Below are positions 40,934-49,785 of a stretch of DNA of 64,000 bases, one piece after another. The DNA is from Alphaproteobacteria bacterium (GTDB lineage: Bacteria; Pseudomonadota; Alphaproteobacteria; Acetobacterales; Acetobacteraceae). How positions within the stretch are numbered: the stretch's first letter is position 1; each line of letters starts with the position of its first letter. The translations under genes were made by a program, and so were the position numbers. The stretch lies in assembly GCA_026400815.1 (NCBI GenBank), contig JAPLOI010000006.1, forward strand, positions 38,133 through 102,132. The letters run 5' to 3'. Below the pieces are notes generated by a model. The model did no database searches and was not told the DNA's origin. It worked only from the letters and a program-made list of their open reading frames with translations.

Positions 40934-41415
40934 CAGCCTTTGAGCGCCTCTTCGAACATCAAAAGCGCCCGGTCGGCGAACACCCACATGTTCTCCGCCC
41001 GGTCATCCAGCCCCGTGTCGATCTGCAGGGAAAGCGGCATCGCGCCGGCCACCGCGAAGCACGCCCGCCCCGAAGGGTGCCCATACCGGTTCCCGCCCGG
41101 CCCCGCCGCGCCCGTCTCCGCCAGGGCCCAGGTGGCGCCGAACTTCTCCTTCATCGCCCCGGCCATCAGCGCCGCCATCTGCACCGAATTCGGCGGCACG
41201 CTCGCCAACTCCCGGTCGCTCAGCTCCAACAGCAGATTGCGCGACAGCCGCGTGTAAACCACCACCCCGCCGAGGTAGTAGGCAGAGGCCCCGGGCACCG
41301 CGAGCAACGCGGCCGAGATCAGCCCGCCCGCCGAACTCTCCGCCACCGCCACCTTGTCGCCGCGCTGCTTCAACAGCGCACCTACCCGTTCAGCCACCGG
41401 CATCAAGCGTTCCAT
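40933..41415 (-). CDS. CinA-family protein (PncC-type nicotinamide-nucleotide amidohydrolase domain)
   Basis: VAVAESSAGGLISAALLAVPGASAYYLGGVVVYT matches the CinA domain. GAGGGAGG lies upstream of the ATG at 41415. Confidence 0.85.
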   Translation of the reverse strand: MERLMPVAERVGALLKQRGDKVAVAESSAGGLISAALLAVPGASAYYLGGVVVYTRLSRNLLLELSDRELASVPPNSVQMAALMAGAMKEKFGATWALAETGAAGPGGNRYGHPSGRACFAVAGAMPLSLQIDTGLDDRAENMWVFADRALLMFEEALKG

Positions 41416-41432
41416 GTCATCCTCCCTCAAGT

Positions 41433-41519
41433 AAGCAAGCATGTTCTTTTTTGAAAAAAGAACCAAAAAACTTTTGTCTATTTGGGCCTGGGCGCAGACG
41501 GACGAAGTCCTTTTTCTTC
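41433..41519. repeat. Family A element with an intact left arm and a degenerate right arm
   Basis: AAGCAAGCATGTTCTTTTTTGAAAAAAGAACCAAAAAACTTTTG...GAAGTCCTTTTTCTTCC lies between the marR stop (41520) and the cinA RBS. Confidence 0.6.
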
Positions 41520-42032
41520 CTAAGGCTCAGGCGGGGCAGGGGCCTCCCCCTCGCCTTCCGCCGCATCCAGAACCCTCGCATGCGCCGCCAGCCGCGCCAA
41601 TGCGCCCTGCAGCGCCGCCAACTCCATCGCATCCATCCCCGCTGCCAAGTCCCCCGCCAGCGTGCGCGCCCGCGCCACGATCGCCCGGTGCACCGCCTCC
41701 CCTTGCCCGGTCAGCCTCAGCAGCCGCGCCCGCCCATCCGCCGGGTCCGGCGCCTGCTCCAGCAGCCCCGCCGCCAGCAACCCGCCAGCCGCCCGGCTCA
41801 CCTTCACCTTGTCCATCTCGGTGCGCTCGCCCACCACGCTCGCCGTGATCGCCCCGAACCGCCCCACCACCGCCATCACCCGCCATTCCGCGATGGAAAG
41901 CCCGAACTCGCGCGAGTAACGCCGCGCGAACAGCCGCGAAATCCGGTTCGCCGCCACCGAAAGCTGATACGGCAGGAACGCCTCCAGCAGGAACGGCCCC
42001 TCCTCCACCTCCACGCTTGCCATCCGTTCCAT
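41520..42032 (-). CDS. MarR family transcriptional regulator
   Basis: A winged-helix core is present: LSIAEWRVMAVVGRFGAITASVVGERTEMDKVKVSRAAGGLLAAGLLE...DGRARLLRLT. Confidence 0.85.
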   Translation of the reverse strand: MERMASVEVEEGPFLLEAFLPYQLSVAANRISRLFARRYSREFGLSIAEWRVMAVVGRFGAITASVVGERTEMDKVKVSRAAGGLLAAGLLEQAPDPADGRARLLRLTGQGEAVHRAIVARARTLAGDLAAGMDAMELAALQGALARLAAHARVLDAAEGEGEAPAPPEP

Positions 42033-42104
42033 TTGAAACTATCGCCCAAGACAGCCTACGCCGGTTCGTGCATCCTGCGAACCAGCCGCCAGGGAGGGCA
42101 CAGA

Positions 42105-43082
42105 ATGTCCGGTTTCGCCTCCACCAACGACATGGCCGAAAAGAAGGTCTCCTTCGACGAACTCGGCCGCGGCCTCTACGCCTACACGGCAGAAGGCGAC
42201 CCCAACTCCGGCATCATCGTCGGCCCCGACGGCGTGGTCGTCGTCGATGCCCAGGCCACCCCCCTGATGGCGCAAGACGTCCAGGCCAAGATCGCCACGG
42301 TCACCGACCGCAAGGTGAACCAGATCGTCCTCTCCCACTACCACGCCGTCCGCGTCCTCGGCGCCACCGGCTACCCCGCCCACAGCATCATCGCGTCAGA
42401 CGTCTGCCGCAGCATGATCGTCGAGCGCGGCCAGCAGGATATGGACAGCGAGATCGGCCGCTTCCCCCGCCTCTTCCGCGGCAAGGAAAGCATCCCCGGC
42501 CTCACCTGGCCCACCCAGACCTTCCACGGCCGCATGACCCTCTGGCTCGGCGACCGCGAGGCGCAAATCATCCATATCGGCCGCGCCCACACTGCCGGGG
42601 ACACCATCGTCTGGCTCCCCAAGGAAAAGGTCCTCTTTGCCGGCGACACCGTGGAATTCGGCGCCACCCCCTATTGCGGCGACGCCCATTTCACCGACTG
42701 GCCCAGCACCATCCGCAAGCTGCGCGAGCTCGGCGCCGAAAAGATGGTCCCCGGCCGCGGCCGCGCCCTGATGAACGCCGCCGAAGTGAAGGAAGCGCTG
42801 GACGGCACCGAAGCCTTCACCAGCAAGCTCTTCGCCATCGTCAAACAAGCCGCCGCCAAGGGCGCCGACCTCCGCACCATCTACGCCGAGGCCATGGACA
42901 AGATGCGCCCAGAGTTCGGCCACTGGGTCATCTTCGACCACTGCATGCCCTTCAACGTCAGCCGCGCCTTCGACGAAGCCCAGGGCATCGACACCCCCCG
43001 CATCTGGACCGCCGAACGCGACATCGACATGTGGAAAGCCTTGGAAAACAAATCCGCCCAGGACGGCGAAATCAAGCGCTGA
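42105..43082 (+). CDS. MBL-fold metallo-hydrolase
   Basis: VVVDAQATP, IVLSHYHAVRVLG (a degenerate HxHxD position) and HTAGDTIVWLP...FAGD are present. AGGGAGGG lies upstream of the ATG. The gene is divergent from marR. Confidence 0.8.
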   Translation: MSGFASTNDMAEKKVSFDELGRGLYAYTAEGDPNSGIIVGPDGVVVVDAQATPLMAQDVQAKIATVTDRKVNQIVLSHYHAVRVLGATGYPAHSIIASDVCRSMIVERGQQDMDSEIGRFPRLFRGKESIPGLTWPTQTFHGRMTLWLGDREAQIIHIGRAHTAGDTIVWLPKEKVLFAGDTVEFGATPYCGDAHFTDWPSTIRKLRELGAEKMVPGRGRALMNAAEVKEALDGTEAFTSKLFAIVKQAAAKGADLRTIYAEAMDKMRPEFGHWVIFDHCMPFNVSRAFDEAQGIDTPRIWTAERDIDMWKALENKSAQDGEIKR

Positions 43083-43096
43083 GAAAGCAAGAAAGT

Positions 43097-43193
43097 GGCC
43101 ACAAAGACACTAAGACACAAAGAAAAGCAGGAAGAAGGCCACGGGCACCTTCCCGCTTCCTTAGTGTCTTTGTGTCTTAGTGGCCGCTTTTTT
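43097..43193 (+). terminator. Long hairpin terminator built from (A/T)AAGACAC octamers
   Basis: The arms GGCCACAAAGACACTAAGACACAAAG (43097-43122) and CTTAGTGTCTTTGTGTCTTAGTGGCC (43160-43185) pair at 23 of 26 positions. The hairpin is followed by GC and TTTTTT. Confidence 0.6.
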
Positions 43194-43230
43194 CCTTAAC
43201 CACACTCCGCCTCCCCCAGCGCCAAACCCC

Positions 43231-44763
43231 ATGCCCTACCACCCCCCCCGCTACCCGCACCACCCCCCCACCGACCACGGCGCCCGCCACCCTGTGATCA
43301 TCGTCGGCGGCGGCATGGTCGGCCTCGCCACCGCTCTCGACCTCGCCCAACGCAATATCCCCGTCGTCCTGCTCGACGACGACGACACCGTCTCCATCGG
43401 CTCCCGCGCCATCTGCCACGCCAAGCGCAGCCTGGAATACCTCTCCCGCCTCGGCCTCGGCGACGCCCTGCTGGCGAAAGGCGTCACCTGGAACACCGGC
43501 CGCGTCTTCGCCGGCGAAAACCAGGTCTTCGCCTTCGACCTCCAGCAGGAAGCCGGCCACGAATTCCCCGCCTTCATCAACCTCCAGCAATACCACCTGG
43601 AAGAGCTCCTCGTGCAGGCCTGCCAAAGCGCCGGCGTCGACCTCCGCTGGAAGCACCGCGTCACCCACGCCACCCCCGACGGCACCCTCACCATCGAAAC
43701 CCCGCACGGCCCCACCACCCTCCACGCCGACTGGCTCCTCGCCGCAGACGGCGCCCGCAGCGAAATCCGCCGCAGCCTCAACCTCCCCTTCGTCGGCAAG
43801 GTCTTCCAGGACCGCTTCCTCATCGCCGACGTCACCATGCAGGCCCCCTTCCCCGCCGAGCGCTGGTTCTGGTTCGACCCGCCCTTCCACCCAGGCGGCT
43901 CCGTCCTCCTCCACCGCCAGGCCGACAATGTCTGGCGCATCGATTTCCAACTCGGCTGGAACGCCGACCCCGAAGAAGAAAAGCGCCCCGAAAACGTCCG
44001 CCCCCGCGTCCAGGCCATGCTCGGCCCCAACACCGCATTCGAACTCGAATGGGTCAGCGTCTACACCTTCCGCTGCCGCCGCCTCGAAAACTTCCGCCAC
44101 AACCGCATCCTCTTCCTCGGCGACGCCGCCCACCAGGTCAGCCCCTTCGGTGCCCGCGGCGGCAATGGCGGCCTGCAGGATGCCGACAACCTCGCCTGGA
44201 AACTCGCCGCCGTGCTCAACGGCAACGCCCCCGAAACCCTCCTCGACACCTACGACGCCGAACGCATTCCCGCCGCCGACGAAAACATCCTCAACTCCAC
44301 CCGCAGCACCGATTTCATCACCCCCAAAAACGAAGCCGCCCACGCCTACCGCGCCGCCATCCTGGAACTCGCCGCCCACCACCCCTTCGCCCGCCCCCTG
44401 GTGAACTCCGGCCGCCTCTCCCGCCCCGCCACCTACCTCAACTCCCCCCTCAACACCCCGGATGACGCAACCTGGCAAGCCGGCCCACCCCCCGGCACCC
44501 CCGCGCCAGACGCCCCAACGGATGAAGGCTGGCTCCTCCGCCGCCTCCCCCCCACCTTCTGCGCCCTCAGCTTCGGCCCCGCCCCCGCACTCGGCCTCCC
44601 CACCCTCACCCTTCCCCCGCAAGGCCCAGCCGCCACCCGCTACGGCGCCTCTGCCGGAGACCTCTATTTCCTCCGCCCAGACCACCACATCGCCGCCCGC
44701 TGGCACCGCCCCACCCCAGCCCAAGTCGCCGCCGCCCACCGGAGAGCCCTGTGCCAGAGCTGA
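43231..44763 (+). CDS. FAD-dependent aromatic-ring hydroxylase (MhpA/PheA/MhaA-like)
   Basis: VIIVGGGMVGLATALDLA (the dinucleotide-binding GxGxxG) and GDAAHQVSPFGARGGNGGLQDADNLAWKL are present. Confidence 0.85.
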   Translation: MPYHPPRYPHHPPTDHGARHPVIIVGGGMVGLATALDLAQRNIPVVLLDDDDTVSIGSRAICHAKRSLEYLSRLGLGDALLAKGVTWNTGRVFAGENQVFAFDLQQEAGHEFPAFINLQQYHLEELLVQACQSAGVDLRWKHRVTHATPDGTLTIETPHGPTTLHADWLLAADGARSEIRRSLNLPFVGKVFQDRFLIADVTMQAPFPAERWFWFDPPFHPGGSVLLHRQADNVWRIDFQLGWNADPEEEKRPENVRPRVQAMLGPNTAFELEWVSVYTFRCRRLENFRHNRILFLGDAAHQVSPFGARGGNGGLQDADNLAWKLAAVLNGNAPETLLDTYDAERIPAADENILNSTRSTDFITPKNEAAHAYRAAILELAAHHPFARPLVNSGRLSRPATYLNSPLNTPDDATWQAGPPPGTPAPDAPTDEGWLLRRLPPTFCALSFGPAPALGLPTLTLPPQGPAATRYGASAGDLYFLRPDHHIAARWHRPTPAQVAAAHRRALCQS

Positions 44764-44945
44764 TCCTCACCCCCCACCTGGCCGACCCCGACGGCGTCTT
44801 CGAAGCCCTGATGAACGCCCACCGCGATCTCCCCCCGGACGCCTCCCGCCGGCTCGATGCCAAGCTCGTCCTCCTCCTGGCCAACCACATCGGCGACGCA
44901 GAAATCGTGAAACAGGCCATCGCCCTGGCCAGCGCCCCGGCCTGA
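44751..44945 (+). CDS. DUF2783 small protein (possible hydroxylase coupling subunit)
   Basis: The 64-aa protein has a GTG start that overlaps the monooxygenase 3' end by 13 nt. The sequence includes [15 protein letters not shown]...[13 protein letters not shown]. Confidence 0.65.
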   Translation: MPELILTPHLADPDGVFEALMNAHRDLPPDASRRLDAKLVLLLANHIGDAEIVKQAIALASAPA

Positions 44946-45000
44946 CCCTTCCAAAAAGTTTCAAACGAAACTATCGTCCGCCCAACCAGGGAGGCCCGCC

Positions 45001-46284
45001 ATGGAACTGCAATCCGGCTTCGGCAACGAATTCGCCACCGAGGCCCTCCCCGGCACGCTCCCGCAAGGCCGCAACTCCCCCCAACGCCCGGCCCACGGCC
45101 TCTATGCGGAGCAATTCTCCGCCACCCCCTTCACCGTCCCCCGCAGCGAAGCCCGCCGCACCTGGCTCTACCGCATCCGCCCCTCCGCCAATCACCCGCC
45201 CTACGCCCCCATCGCCCACCCCACCCTGGCCACCCCGCTCACCCCCCCGAACCCCAACCGCCTGCGCTGGAGCCCCCTCCCGCTCCCCGAAGCCCCCACC
45301 GATTTCCTCGCCGGCCTCACCACCATGTTCGCAACCGCGGAGGGCGCCCACGACCACGGCGTCTCCATCCACCTCTACGCCGCCAACCGCTCCATGGAGC
45401 GCATCTTCTGGAACGCGGATGGCGAGTTCCTCCTCGTCCCCGAACACGGCGCCCTGCGCCTCGAAACCGAACTCGGCCGCCTCACCATCGCCCCCGGCGA
45501 GATCGCCATCCTCCCCCGCGGCATCCGCTTCCGCGTCATCCTGCTGAACCCCACCGCCCGCGGCTACATCGCCGAAAACCACGGCGCCCCCCTGCGCCTG
45601 CCCGATCTCGGCCCCATCGGCGCCAACGGCCTCGCCAACCCGCGCGACTTCCTCACCCCCACCGCCTGGTTCGAAGACCGCTCTGAGCCCACCGAGATCG
45701 TCCAGAAATACCTCGGCACCCTCTGGACCACGACGCTGGATCACTCCCCGCTCGATGTCGTCGCCTGGCACGGCAACTGCGCCCCCTGCAAATACGACCT
45801 TTCCACCTTCAACACGATCGGCACGATCAGCTTCGATCACCCGGATCCGTCGATCTTCACCGTCCTCACCTCCCCCACCGAAACGCCAGGCCGCGCCAAC
45901 CTCGATTTCGTCATCTTCCCACCGCGCTGGCTGGTGGCCGAGAACACGTTCCGCCCCCCCTGGTTCCACCGCAACGTCATGAACGAATGCATGGGCCTCA
46001 TCACCGGCGTCTACGACGGCAAGGCCGAAGGCTTCGCCCCCGGCGGCTTCAGCCTCCACCCCATGATGTCCGCCCATGGCCCCGATCTCGCCACCACCCA
46101 ACGCGCCCAAGCCGCCGAGCTCACCCCCCACAAGATCGACGGCACCCTCGCCTTCATGTTCGAAACCTCCGGCGCCCTCCGCCCCACGGCCCACGCCATG
46201 GCCTCCCCCCACCGCCAGCCTGCCTACGACCAGGTCTGGACCGGCCTCGACAGGCGCTTCACCCCCAAGGGGATCCAGCCATGA
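45001..46284 (+). CDS. hmgA: Homogentisate 1,2-dioxygenase
   Basis: [24 protein letters not shown] and [16 protein letters not shown] match HmgA. The protein is 427 aa. Confidence 0.95.
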   Translation: MELQSGFGNEFATEALPGTLPQGRNSPQRPAHGLYAEQFSATPFTVPRSEARRTWLYRIRPSANHPPYAPIAHPTLATPLTPPNPNRLRWSPLPLPEAPTDFLAGLTTMFATAEGAHDHGVSIHLYAANRSMERIFWNADGEFLLVPEHGALRLETELGRLTIAPGEIAILPRGIRFRVILLNPTARGYIAENHGAPLRLPDLGPIGANGLANPRDFLTPTAWFEDRSEPTEIVQKYLGTLWTTTLDHSPLDVVAWHGNCAPCKYDLSTFNTIGTISFDHPDPSIFTVLTSPTETPGRANLDFVIFPPRWLVAENTFRPPWFHRNVMNECMGLITGVYDGKAEGFAPGGFSLHPMMSAHGPDLATTQRAQAAELTPHKIDGTLAFMFETSGALRPTAHAMASPHRQPAYDQVWTGLDRRFTPKGIQP

Positions 46285-47561
46285 ACACCCACGATCCCGC
46301 CGCCCGCTCCTGGCTCCCCAGCGCCAACGGCCACGCCGACTTCCCGCTGCAGAACCTCCCCCTCGGCATCTTCTCCACCGCAGACGGCAATAAGCGCCCC
46401 GGCACCGCCATCGGTGACTCCATCCTCGATCTCAAGGCCGCCCTCGCAGCCCGCCTCCTCACCGGCGAAGCCGCGAACGCCATCGAAGCCTGCGCCGAAA
46501 CCCTCAACCCCCTCTTCGCCCTCGGCGCCCCCGCCCGCCAGGCCCTGCGCACCCAACTCTTCGCCTTGCTGCACGAATCCAGCCCCGCCCGCCCCGAACT
46601 CCTCTACCCCGCCAGCGCCTGCACCCTCCACGTCCCGGCGCAGATCGGCGACTACACGGATTTCTACGCCGGCATCCACCACGCCAGGAACGGCGGCCTG
46701 CTCTTCCGGCCAGACAACCCCCTGATGCCAAACTACAAATACGTCCCCGTCGCCTATCACGGCCGCGCCTCCTCCGTGCGCCCCTCGCCCTCCGCGCTGC
46801 GCCGCCCGCAAGGCCAGCGCAAACTCCCGGAAGAACAAGCCCCCACCTACGGCCCCTGCCGCAACCTCGATTACGAGCTCGAAATGGGCATCTGGATCGG
46901 CCCCGGCAACCAACCCGGCACCCCCATCCCCATCGCCAAAGCCGCCGACCACATCGCCGGCTTCTGCCTCCTCAACGACTGGTCGGCCCGCGACATCCAG
47001 TCCTGGGAATCCCAACCCCTCGGCCCCTTCCTGGCCAAGAATTTCCAAACCTCCATCTCCCCCTGGGTCATCACCCCCGAAGCCCTCGCCCCCTTCAGAA
47101 GCGCCCAACCCCCGCGCCCCAACGGCGACCCCGCCCCACTCCCCCACCTCTTCGACACCGCCGACCAGTCAAACGGCGCCCTCGACCTCACCCTCGAAGT
47201 CACCATCCACACCGCCCAAATGCGCGCCAACAACCAACCCCCCGCCCGCCTCTCCATCGGCAACGCACTGAACCTCTACTGGACCCCCGCCCAAATGGTC
47301 GCCCACCACGCCAGCAACGGCTGCGACCTCCACCCCGGCGACCTCTTCGGCACCGGAACCATCTCCAGCCCCGAACCCACCGGCTGGGGCGCCCTGATGG
47401 AAATCACCCGCGGCGGCCGCGAACCCCTCACCCTGCCCAACGGCGAAACCCGCAAATTCCTCGAAGACGGCGACGAAATCACCCTCCACGCCCGCGCCCA
47501 CCGCCCCGGCCACGCCAGCATCGGCTTCGGCCCTTGCCGCGGGCTGGTGCTGCCATCATGA
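46281..47561 (+). CDS. fahA: Fumarylacetoacetase
   Basis: [32 protein letters not shown] and [10 protein letters not shown] are present. The ATG overlaps the hmgA stop (ATGA). Confidence 0.95.
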   Translation: MNTHDPAARSWLPSANGHADFPLQNLPLGIFSTADGNKRPGTAIGDSILDLKAALAARLLTGEAANAIEACAETLNPLFALGAPARQALRTQLFALLHESSPARPELLYPASACTLHVPAQIGDYTDFYAGIHHARNGGLLFRPDNPLMPNYKYVPVAYHGRASSVRPSPSALRRPQGQRKLPEEQAPTYGPCRNLDYELEMGIWIGPGNQPGTPIPIAKAADHIAGFCLLNDWSARDIQSWESQPLGPFLAKNFQTSISPWVITPEALAPFRSAQPPRPNGDPAPLPHLFDTADQSNGALDLTLEVTIHTAQMRANNQPPARLSIGNALNLYWTPAQMVAHHASNGCDLHPGDLFGTGTISSPEPTGWGALMEITRGGREPLTLPNGETRKFLEDGDEITLHARAHRPGHASIGFGPCRGLVLPS

Positions 47562-47682
47562 AAGAAAGCAAGCACGTTCTTTTCTGAAGAAAAGAACCAA
47601 AAGACTTTCACTCATTTGCCAATGGCGCCCGTTGTGCAAAACAACCAAACACCCCGTCATTGCGAACGAAGTGAAGCAAGCC
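47511..47682 (+). repeat. Direct repeat DR1: the last 17 codons of fahA (stop included) plus a family-A-variant element
   Basis: DR1 aligns colinearly with 48741-48912 at a constant offset of 1230 bp. Confidence 0.8.
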
Positions 47683-47811
47683 AGCGCTTTGTTCTCCGGC
47701 GGCCGTCCGCGCGTGTGACTCCCCAGGCATCCCAATGAAAACGGCCCGCCCCTGGTGCAAGGGCGGGCCGCAATCCCGGTCGCAGCCCCCGCAAGCAGGG
47801 GCATCCAAGCG

Positions 47812-48558
47812 TCAGCGGCGGCGTCTCGCCGCGCCCAGCCCAACCAACCCCGCCGCCAGCAGAACCAGGGAGGCTGGCTCCGGCGTCGATGTGGGCAGCG
47901 GATCGCCGCCGATGGTGTTGTATCGCAGGTTGTCGAACCCAATACCCGCACCGTCGTTGTTGGTGATCGTGATGCCAGCGATATCGGCAACGTTGCCGTC
48001 GCGCGTGAACGCATATGCCTGGTCAGACAACCCCGAGAGGTTGATGCTGTCGATCAGCGACCCATCGATCGCGTAGAAATTGACCTCGGCCGTGCCGCCA
48101 CCGCCGCCGACCAGTTCGAAACCGAATTGCGATTGCGGCAGGCCAAACCGCAGCGCAATCGCTCCTTCACCAATGGCGTCGAAATCCGGGAACCCCGTCG
48201 GACCCAGCCCGGTCAGCACCTGGGTGCTGAAGGTGAAGATGTTGAGGTTCTGGTCGGTCGCGCCAGTGAGCAAAGTGAGCCCGGCCGTGGGCGCGCCAGT
48301 CAACGTGTCGAAGGTTCCGCTGGGAACCAGGGTTTGGCCCTGGAAACGCTCCCCGAAAGCCACGTTGCCCGATACGAACAGCGCATTGTAGTTCGTGCCC
48401 GGCGCAGCGCCCCCGGCAACGTCATCGAACGTCACGAGCCCGGTGGCACTCAGGCTTCCTGGCGAGACCTGCGTCACCTGCGCCATCGCCGGGCTTGCCA
48501 TCGCCACGGCAAGGCCCCCGAGCAACGCTCCCGCGAACATTCCACCAATCCCTGTCAT
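47812..48558 (-). CDS. PEP-CTERM sorting-domain secreted protein
   Basis: A signal peptide is present (MTGIGGMFAGALLGGLAVAMASPAMAQ). The C-terminus is PEPASLVLLAAGLVGLGAARRRR, that is PEP, a TM segment and an Arg cluster. I chose the ATG at 48558. Confidence 0.85.
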   Translation of the reverse strand: MTGIGGMFAGALLGGLAVAMASPAMAQVTQVSPGSLSATGLVTFDDVAGGAAPGTNYNALFVSGNVAFGERFQGQTLVPSGTFDTLTGAPTAGLTLLTGATDQNLNIFTFSTQVLTGLGPTGFPDFDAIGEGAIALRFGLPQSQFGFELVGGGGGTAEVNFYAIDGSLIDSINLSGLSDQAYAFTRDGNVADIAGITITNNDGAGIGFDNLRYNTIGGDPLPTSTPEPASLVLLAAGLVGLGAARRRR

Positions 48559-48700
48559 CGTAATGCTCCATGTATGCGTCAATTCATATGCAAGAATAAT
48601 ACCATACATAAATATCTCGCGAATATAATGACTTCCCAGACGGTATAACGTTCCGAAAAGCAAATATGTAAAAAAATCCGACATGACTGGCGGTTGCAAT
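48559..48700 (-). promoter_or_regulatory. Strikingly AT-rich upstream region of the PEP-CTERM gene
   Basis: This ~140-bp stretch is rich in A and T (for example CATACATAAATATCTCGCGAATATAATGA and ATATGTAAAAAAATCC) in an otherwise GC-rich genome. It is the only such block in the window. Confidence 0.35.
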
Positions 48701-48740
48701 GGGTTGTCCCGTCGGCACCCTCGTCCTGCGCATTCCCCAC

Positions 48741-48791
48741 CACGCCAGTATCGGCTTCGGCCCCTGCCGCGGGCTCGTCCTGCCATCATGA
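48741..48791 (+). pseudogene. Orphan fahA 3'-end fragment (16 codons plus stop)
   Basis: The fragment encodes [16 protein letters not shown], identical to the fahA C-terminus. It has four nucleotide differences, all synonymous. No fahA body lies upstream. Confidence 0.7.
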
Positions 48792-48912
48792 ATGGAAGCA
48801 AGCGCGTTCTTTTCTGAAGAAAAGAACCAAAAGACTTTCATCCCTTTGCCAATGGCACCCGCCGGGTGGACCATCCAAACACCTCGTCATTGCGAACGAA
48901 GTGAAGCAATCC
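48741..48912 (+). repeat. Direct repeat DR2 (partner of 47511-47682)
   Basis: The order of segments matches DR1: fahA tail, AAGCAAGC..GTTCTTTTCTGAAGAAAAGAACCAAAAGACTTTCA, then CGTCATTGCGAACGAAGTGAAGCAA. Confidence 0.8.
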
Positions 48913-49237
48913 AGGCCTTCGTCCCCACAACAGTCCGCATCGGATCAAGAGAACGCGCCCGCCACATGCTCAATGGCCCTGCCGTGGCAGCGTTACGTCA
49001 TGCCCACCCCGTACCGGTTGGAACGTCATCGATACCACGGGCATCTCTGCGACACGTAGCCCGCATCTTGATGCGGGCCGGCACAGTCCCATGCGCGCCA
49101 GAGAACGCCACAAGCCCCTTCTCCGTGCCCTCTGTGGACCTCCGTGCTCTCTGTGTCCCCTTCCTTCCCACCCACCCAACCCCACCTAAAAAATTTCCTA
49201 TGAACGGCAACAAGTCTCTTCCCTTCGCCGCTCAATC

Positions 49238-49624
49238 ATGCAAACTAACCGTATGTCATCACACCCCCTCTCCCTCGGCGACCAATTCGCCACGCTGCGC
49301 GCCAGCCTCCAGGCGGAATCCGCCTTCAATCGCCCGCACGCCCAAGCTGCGCTCAGCGCCGTGATGACTGCCTTGCTCATTCGCCTGCTCACGGAACTGG
49401 AAAACCTCTTCCGCCGCTGGCAGTCCCACCCCACCACCTATCCCGCCACCACCCGCGCCACCCGCATCGCCGGCCTGGCCTTCATCCCGCGCGCCCTCCG
49501 CCAGCCCCCGCTGCCCACCTGGCTCATCCGCCTGGCACCCGCATTGGGCCTGCGCCCGGCCCCCGCCCCGCGCCCGCAATCCCGCGCCACCCGCGCGCAC
49601 CCGATCCGCAACGCCCCGCACTGA
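49238..49624 (+). CDS. Hypothetical protein (128 aa)
   Basis: This is the only sizeable ORF in the gap. The N-terminal half looks helical (ALSAVMTALLIRLLTELENLFRRWQS) and the C-terminal half is Pro/Arg/Ala-rich. I recognise no family. Confidence 0.35.
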   Translation: MQTNRMSSHPLSLGDQFATLRASLQAESAFNRPHAQAALSAVMTALLIRLLTELENLFRRWQSHPTTYPATTRATRIAGLAFIPRALRQPPLPTWLIRLAPALGLRPAPAPRPQSRATRAHPIRNAPH

Positions 49625-49785
49625 TCCCAGCGCACAAGCCGCCGCCACCCTCCACATTTTTTCTCAACCCAAAGGGGCAGGGACCCCAATCACGCCCTAA
49701 ACATTCCGAAAACAAAACAAATACCGCCCCTTGCCACCACTCCAGAACCCGGGAACCCTCCAGCCCAGACCCAGGAAGCTTCCCA

